Below are positions 59,080 to 64,000 of a stretch of 64,000 nucleotides of DNA, one piece after another. This DNA is from an uncultured Bacillota bacterium (GTDB lineage: Bacteria; Sysuimicrobiota; Sysuimicrobiia; Sysuimicrobiales; Segetimicrobiaceae): positions 384,001-448,000 of the forward strand of contig CAWDRG010000009.1 of the NCBI GenBank assembly GCA_963804645.1, given 5' to 3'. The position numbers and the translations under genes are program-made. The notes under the pieces are model-generated. The model was not told the origin of the DNA and did not search any database. It worked only from the letters and a program-made list of their open reading frames with translations. Position 1 is the first letter of the stretch, and the number at the start of each line of letters is the position of its first letter.

Positions 59080-61518
59080 ATGGCGAGCGAAGAGAAAGTG
59101 AACCCACGGCCGATCGCGGACGAGATGAAGGCGTCGTACTTGGATTACGCGATGTCCGTCATCGTCAGCCGGGCGCTCCCGGACGTCCGGGACGGCCTGA
59201 AGCCGGTGCAGCGGAGGATCCTGTACGGCGCCTCCGAGATGGGGCTAGCGCCCGACCGGGCGTACAAGAAGTGCGCGCGCCTCGTGGGCGACGTCATGGG
59301 CCGCTACCACCCGCACGGGGACGCCCCGGTGTACGAGGCGCTCGTCCGCATGGCGCAGGACTTCAGCTTCCGCTACCCGCTGATTGACGGGCAGGGCAAC
59401 TTTGGCAGCGTCGACGGCGACCCGCCGGGGGCGATGCGGTACACCGAGGCGCGCTTGTCGCGGATGGCGCTCGAACTGCTCGCCGACATCGACAAGGAGA
59501 CGGTGGCGTTCGTTCCCAACTTCGACCAGTCGCTGCAGGAGCCCGTCGTCCTGCCGAGCCGCGTGCCGAGTCTCCTGATGAACGGCGCCACCGGCATCGC
59601 GGTCGGGATGGCCACCAACATTCCGCCGCACAACCTGGGGGAGCTGATCGACGCGCTCACGGCGATGATCGACGATCCGGACATCGAGACCGACGAGCTG
59701 CTCAAGATCGTCAAGGGCCCCGATTTCCCGACCGGCGGCCTGATCCTCGGGCGCGACGGCATCCGCGCGGCGTACAAGGAAGGACGCGGCAGCATCACCG
59801 TCCGGGCGAAGGCGGAGATGGAAGAGCTCCGCGGCGGCCGCATTGCGATCATCGTCACCGAACTGCCGTACATGGTGAACAAGGCGGCGCTGATCGAACG
59901 GATCGCGCAGCTCGTGCGCGACAAGAAGCTCAACGGCGTGAGCGATCTCCGAGACGAGAGCGACCGCCGCGGCATGCGGATCATGATCGAGCTGCGCCGC
60001 GACGTGAATCCGCAGATCGTGCAGAACCAGCTGTTCAAGCACACGCAGATGCAGACCACGTTCGGCGCGATCATGCTGTCGCTGGTGGACGGCGTGCCGC
60101 GCGTGCTCACGCTGCGCCAGATGCTGCAGCACTACCTCGACCACCGGAAGAACATCATCGTCCGCCGGACCGAGTTCGAGCTGCGGAAGGCGAAGGCGCG
60201 GGCCCACATCCTCGAAGGCCTGAAGATCGCGGTCAAGTTTCTCGACGCGGTGATCGCGCTCATTCGGAAGGCCAAGGACGTGCCGACCGCGCGCGCCGGC
60301 CTGATGAAACAGTTCAAGCTGAGCGAGATCCAGGCGGATGCGATTCTCGAGATGCGGCTGCAGCGGCTGACCGAGCTCGAGCGCGAGAAGCTCGACGAGG
60401 AGTACAAGGAGCTGATCAAGGCGATCGCCGTGTTCGAGGACATCCTGCGCAACGAGCGGAAGGTGTTCGCCCTGATCAAGGGCGAGCTGGCTGAGGCGAA
60501 GCGCCGCTTCGCGGACCCGCGGCGCACCCGGATCACCGGCAAGGACGTGGAGTTCGAGGACGAGGACCTGATCCCCGACGTCGAGGTCGTGGTGACGCTG
60601 ACCCACAACGGGTACATCAAGCGGCTGCCGCTCGACACCTACCGGCGGCAGAGCCGGGGCGGCCGCGGGGTGATGGGGATGGAGACCAAGGAAGAGGACT
60701 ACATCGAACTCGTCCAGGTGACGACCAACCACGCGTTTCTGCTGTTCTTCACCAACCGCGGCAAGGTCTACCGCATCAAAGCGCACGAGGTGCCGGAGGC
60801 CGGGCGGACCGCGAAGGGGACGAGCCTGGTCAACTTGTTCAACGTTGCGCAGGGCGAGCGCGTCAACGCGATCATTCCGATCCGGTCATTCGAGGACGCG
60901 GGATTCCTGTTCTTCGCCACCGCCAGCGGCTTCGTGAAGCGCACGGGCCTCATGGAGTTCCTGAACGCGAAGCGCGGCGGCATCGCGGCGATCACGCTCG
61001 ACAAGGGCAGCGAGCTGGTCGGCGTGCACCTGACCGACGGCAAGCAGGAGATCCTGCTCGCCTCGCGCCGCGGCCAGGCGATCCGATTCAAGGAAGCCAA
61101 CGTCCGCGAGATGGGACGCCAGGCGCACGGCGTCCGCGGGATGCGGCTGCGCAGCGACGATGCGGTCGTCGGCATGGCGCGCAGCGGCGAAGGCCACGAG
61201 CTCCTCACCGTGACGGAGATGGGCTTCGGGAAGCGGACGCCGCTCTCGCAGTACCGCATGCAGACGCGCGGCGGGTCCGGGGTCAAGAATATGCGCCTCA
61301 CCGCCAAGACGGGGGCCGTGGTGGCGGTCCGCGCCGTGCGCGAGGACGAGGAGATGCTCGTCATCACGGCCCGGGGCATTATCAGCCGGCTGTCGGTCAA
61401 GGAGATCTCCACGCAGGGACGCGCGGCGCAGGGGGTGCGGCTGAAGCGGCTCGACGAGGGCGATCGGGTGGCGGCGATCGCGCCGATCGCGGCGCGCGAG
61501 GCGGACGCGGGCGCGTAA
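59080..61518 (+). CDS. gyrA: DNA gyrase subunit A
   Basis: [27 protein letters not shown], GyrA-box QSRGGRG. Confidence 0.98.
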   Translation: MASEEKVNPRPIADEMKASYLDYAMSVIVSRALPDVRDGLKPVQRRILYGASEMGLAPDRAYKKCARLVGDVMGRYHPHGDAPVYEALVRMAQDFSFRYPLIDGQGNFGSVDGDPPGAMRYTEARLSRMALELLADIDKETVAFVPNFDQSLQEPVVLPSRVPSLLMNGATGIAVGMATNIPPHNLGELIDALTAMIDDPDIETDELLKIVKGPDFPTGGLILGRDGIRAAYKEGRGSITVRAKAEMEELRGGRIAIIVTELPYMVNKAALIERIAQLVRDKKLNGVSDLRDESDRRGMRIMIELRRDVNPQIVQNQLFKHTQMQTTFGAIMLSLVDGVPRVLTLRQMLQHYLDHRKNIIVRRTEFELRKAKARAHILEGLKIAVKFLDAVIALIRKAKDVPTARAGLMKQFKLSEIQADAILEMRLQRLTELEREKLDEEYKELIKAIAVFEDILRNERKVFALIKGELAEAKRRFADPRRTRITGKDVEFEDEDLIPDVEVVVTLTHNGYIKRLPLDTYRRQSRGGRGVMGMETKEEDYIELVQVTTNHAFLLFFTNRGKVYRIKAHEVPEAGRTAKGTSLVNLFNVAQGERVNAIIPIRSFEDAGFLFFATASGFVKRTGLMEFLNAKRGGIAAITLDKGSELVGVHLTDGKQEILLASRRGQAIRFKEANVREMGRQAHGVRGMRLRSDDAVVGMARSGEGHELLTVTEMGFGKRTPLSQYRMQTRGGSGVKNMRLTAKTGAVVAVRAVREDEEMLVITARGIISRLSVKEISTQGRAAQGVRLKRLDEGDRVAAIAPIAAREADAGA

Positions 61519-61520
61519 TC

Positions 61521-61934
61521 GTGAGCCTGGGGCTGCTGATCATTCGAGTGGCGCTCGGCTTGACGTTTTTTCTTCACGGCAGCCAGAAGCTGTTCGGATG
61601 GTTCGGAGGAGGCGGCATCGCGGGGACTGCGCGCTACCTGGAGGGGCTCGGCATTCGTCCCGGGCGCTTTTGGGCGATCCTCGTGGGCCTCGGCGAGTTC
61701 GGCGGCAGCGTGCTCGTCGGCGTCGGGTATCTGACGGTGTTGGGCGCGTTCCTGATCATCATCACGATGGTCGTCGCGATCTCGGCCGCCGCGGGGCGGC
61801 ACGGGTTCTGGGTGGAGCGCGGCGGCTACGAATACAACCTGCTCATCATCGCCGTGGCGCTCGCCCTCATCTTTACCGGCCCCGGCATGTACTCGTTCGA
61901 CTACACCTCCGGGACGCGCGTGCTCGGTCCGTAA
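61521..61934 (+). CDS. DoxX family membrane protein
   Basis: RVALG..F.LHGSQKLFGWFGG, GYEYNL, GPGMYSFD. Confidence 0.92.
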   Translation: MSLGLLIIRVALGLTFFLHGSQKLFGWFGGGGIAGTARYLEGLGIRPGRFWAILVGLGEFGGSVLVGVGYLTVLGAFLIIITMVVAISAAAGRHGFWVERGGYEYNLLIIAVALALIFTGPGMYSFDYTSGTRVLGP

Positions 61935-62054
61935 CCCGCTCGGCCCGTCCGGATCGCCTCGGCCCGCGCCGTCGTCCAGCAGGGGGGAATCGTTCCGCGC
62001 GGCGAACACACTAGTGGCGAGGCACCGTCAACGCCGCGCCGGAGGGCGTGATCG

Positions 62055-62525
62055 ATGGACATCACCGTGCAGAGCATCGTCGAGCATCTCGATGAGATGT
62101 GGACGCTGGTGCTTGAGTCGGTGCATGGGGTCGATGAGACGCTCTTCCAGTGGTGCGCGGGACCGGAGTACAATTCCCCGGCGATTCTCCTCCGCCACCT
62201 CGCCGGGAGCGAACGGTGGTGGATCGGCGAGGGCATCGGCGGCGTGCCGGCGCACCGCAATCGCGACGCCGAGTTCGTCCACGATACGCCGCGCCGCGCG
62301 GAGGTGCTCGCGTCCGTGGAGGAGGCGCGTGCGCTCACGCACCGCGTGCTGGCGAATGTCACCGCGGGGGATCTCCAGGAGCCCACGACGCCGGCCGTGA
62401 AGCGCGACGGGACGCGGCCCAGCAAGATGTGGGCGCTGCTGCACTATCTCGAGCACCTCGGCTACCATCGAGGACAGATTCTGCTGATCCTCAAGATGGG
62501 CCGGCAGGCGCTCGCGCGGCGTTAG
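62055..62525 (+). CDS. DinB family protein
   Basis: NSPAILLRHLAGSERWW, HYLEHLGYHRGQI. Confidence 0.88.
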   Translation: MDITVQSIVEHLDEMWTLVLESVHGVDETLFQWCAGPEYNSPAILLRHLAGSERWWIGEGIGGVPAHRNRDAEFVHDTPRRAEVLASVEEARALTHRVLANVTAGDLQEPTTPAVKRDGTRPSKMWALLHYLEHLGYHRGQILLILKMGRQALARR

Positions 62526-62536
62526 CCGCCGATCCG

Positions 62537-63061
62537 ATGCGCTGGGAACTGTGTCCCCGCACGCACGAACGGCTCTCGCGGATCGTCGACGCGCTTGAAT
62601 TCTCCCACGTCAACCCCGCGCGCATCTTTTGCGTCCGCGGGTATGGCTCGACCTCGGAGGCATGGGCCCGGATCTGGGGCCTGCCGGCGCTGTGGCAGCA
62701 GGTCCTAGGCATCGGTCCCGCTTACGTGGTGGAGATCATCGAACCGGAGTTCGGCCGGCTCCCCGAGGCCGAACAGGACCGCATCCTGATCCATGAGCTG
62801 CTGCACATCCCGCGGACCTTCAGCGGCGCGATCCGGCCGCACCGCACGCCGACGTTTTCGATCACGCGGCGGACGGTGGAACGGTATTATCAGCGCTACC
62901 TCGCAGCCGGCGATCTCCACGAGGCCGCGGGCGCCGCGCCGGACGATCGGATCAACCGAGCCCGGGCGCTTGGCGCGGCGCCTCCGGTCGTGCCCACGCG
63001 AGCCGCGGCCGCGCACCACCGGATCGCCCGTCGCCCCGCCCGCGTGCGGACCACCCGCTGA
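62537..63061 (+). CDS. Putative HExxH metallopeptidase
   Basis: ARIWGLP..WQQVL...YVVEII..EF...LIHELLHIPRTFSGAIRPH. Confidence 0.8.
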   Translation: MRWELCPRTHERLSRIVDALEFSHVNPARIFCVRGYGSTSEAWARIWGLPALWQQVLGIGPAYVVEIIEPEFGRLPEAEQDRILIHELLHIPRTFSGAIRPHRTPTFSITRRTVERYYQRYLAAGDLHEAAGAAPDDRINRARALGAAPPVVPTRAAAAHHRIARRPARVRTTR

Positions 63062-63200
63062 GGTCGTCGCGGGCGCCCGTGTGACCGAACGGCGCGCCGG
63101 CGCCGGCCCCGGACCTTTCGCGCGCCCGGCGCCGTAGTGTAGAATGCAGATGGTGGCGCCCCGCGAGCGGGTCCATCGCTCTTCGAGCAGAGGTGGATAC

Positions 63201-63596
63201 ATGGAAAACCCAATGAAGCTCTTCATCCTGGCCGTGGTGGCGCTGATGATTCTCGGTCCCTCTCGGTTTGCGGGGATCGGCAGCACGCTCGGCCGCACGA
63301 TCCGGGACTTCCGCAACGCGCTCCGCAGCGCCCAGGACGAGGCGCGGCAGACCTTCAGCGAGTTCACGGACGGGGCGTCGGACACGGTGCACGAATTCCA
63401 GCAGGCGCTCCCCGCGCCGGATCTGATGCCGGAGTCCCCGTTTGCGTCGACCTACAGCGCGGCGTCCCCCGCGGGGTCATCGGAGTCCGCGGCGCCCGCG
63501 GCCTCCGGCGCGGAGGGTGACGATCCCGCGTCGCTCGCATCCGAGCCGACCGCCGCGGCGGCGCGCGAACTGGCCCGGCAGGCCCGATCCTCGTAG
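63201..63596 (+). CDS. TatA/TatB family twin-arginine translocase subunit
   Basis: Single N-terminal TM ending in LGPSR, amphipathic helix LGRTIRDFR, low-complexity tail. Confidence 0.8.
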   Translation: MENPMKLFILAVVALMILGPSRFAGIGSTLGRTIRDFRNALRSAQDEARQTFSEFTDGASDTVHEFQQALPAPDLMPESPFASTYSAASPAGSSESAAPAASGAEGDDPASLASEPTAAAARELARQARSS

Positions 63597-63609
63597 CACG
63601 GACGGCGCG

Positions 63610-64000
63610 GTGACCGACGCCCATCCCGCGCCGCCCCGCACCCCGGCCGACCCCACGCGGCTCTACCTCATTCGCCACGGCGAGACCGACTGGAACGTCG
63701 ACGAACCGCTACCAGGGACAGATCGACAGCACCCTGAGCGACCGAGGACGGGCGCAGACGGAGCGGCTTGCCGAGGCGCTCGCCCAGGTCCCGCTGCAGG
63801 CGGTCTACAGCAGCCCCCTGTCCCGTGCGCGCGAGACCGCGCAGGTGGTTGCGGCCGTGCACGGGCTCCCGGTGGTCACCCTGGACGGTCTCCGTGAAGT
63901 CGGGATGGGCGAATGGGAAGGGCTCACGGAGCAGGAGATCACCGCGCGCTTCGGGGACGTGCTGACGGCGCGGCGGCGGGACCCGGAACGCGTGACCCCC
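63610..64000 (+). pseudogene. Histidine phosphatase (phosphoglycerate mutase family), frameshifted near 63703; runs off the window
   Basis: LIRHGETDWNV in one frame continues as RYQGQIDSTLSDRG...YSSPLSRARETA...LREVGMGEWEG in the +1 frame. Confidence 0.75.

Overview
High-GC bacterial chromosome window that spans the replication origin. No rRNA, tRNA, CRISPR array, IS or phage was seen. Positions 1-41 kb are accessory metabolic and transport genes: four luciferase-like oxidoreductases, two SDRs, AlaX, MsrB, a Thr-type sulfatase-fold hydrolase, ABC components, an Lhr helicase and a TetR-controlled NitT/TauT-type ABC operon. Positions 41-46 kb hold a vitamin B6 locus (HDIG-pdxS-pdxT-DUF554, divergent from a MocR/PdxR-type regulator). 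Positions 46-61.5 kb hold the origin cluster parB-parA-rsmG-jag-yidC-yidD-rnpA-rpmH <> orfX-dnaA-dnaN-yaaA-recF-dciA-remB-gyrB-gyrA. This gene order suggests a Terrabacteria lineage (inference; possibly Sysuimicrobiota/Armatimonadota-related, unverified). The top candidate for an undescribed system is orfX (51535-52329), a stand-alone GHKL-ATPase plus winged-helix protein lying inside a bipartite oriC, between the upstream DnaA-box cluster and dnaA, and apparently co-transcribed with dnaA. Other oddities are apparent non-canonical starts for parA (ACG), rnpA (CTG) and an acyltransferase (CTG), and a gyrase with four substituted quinolone-pocket residues. All calls come from manual motif reading; no database searches were run.
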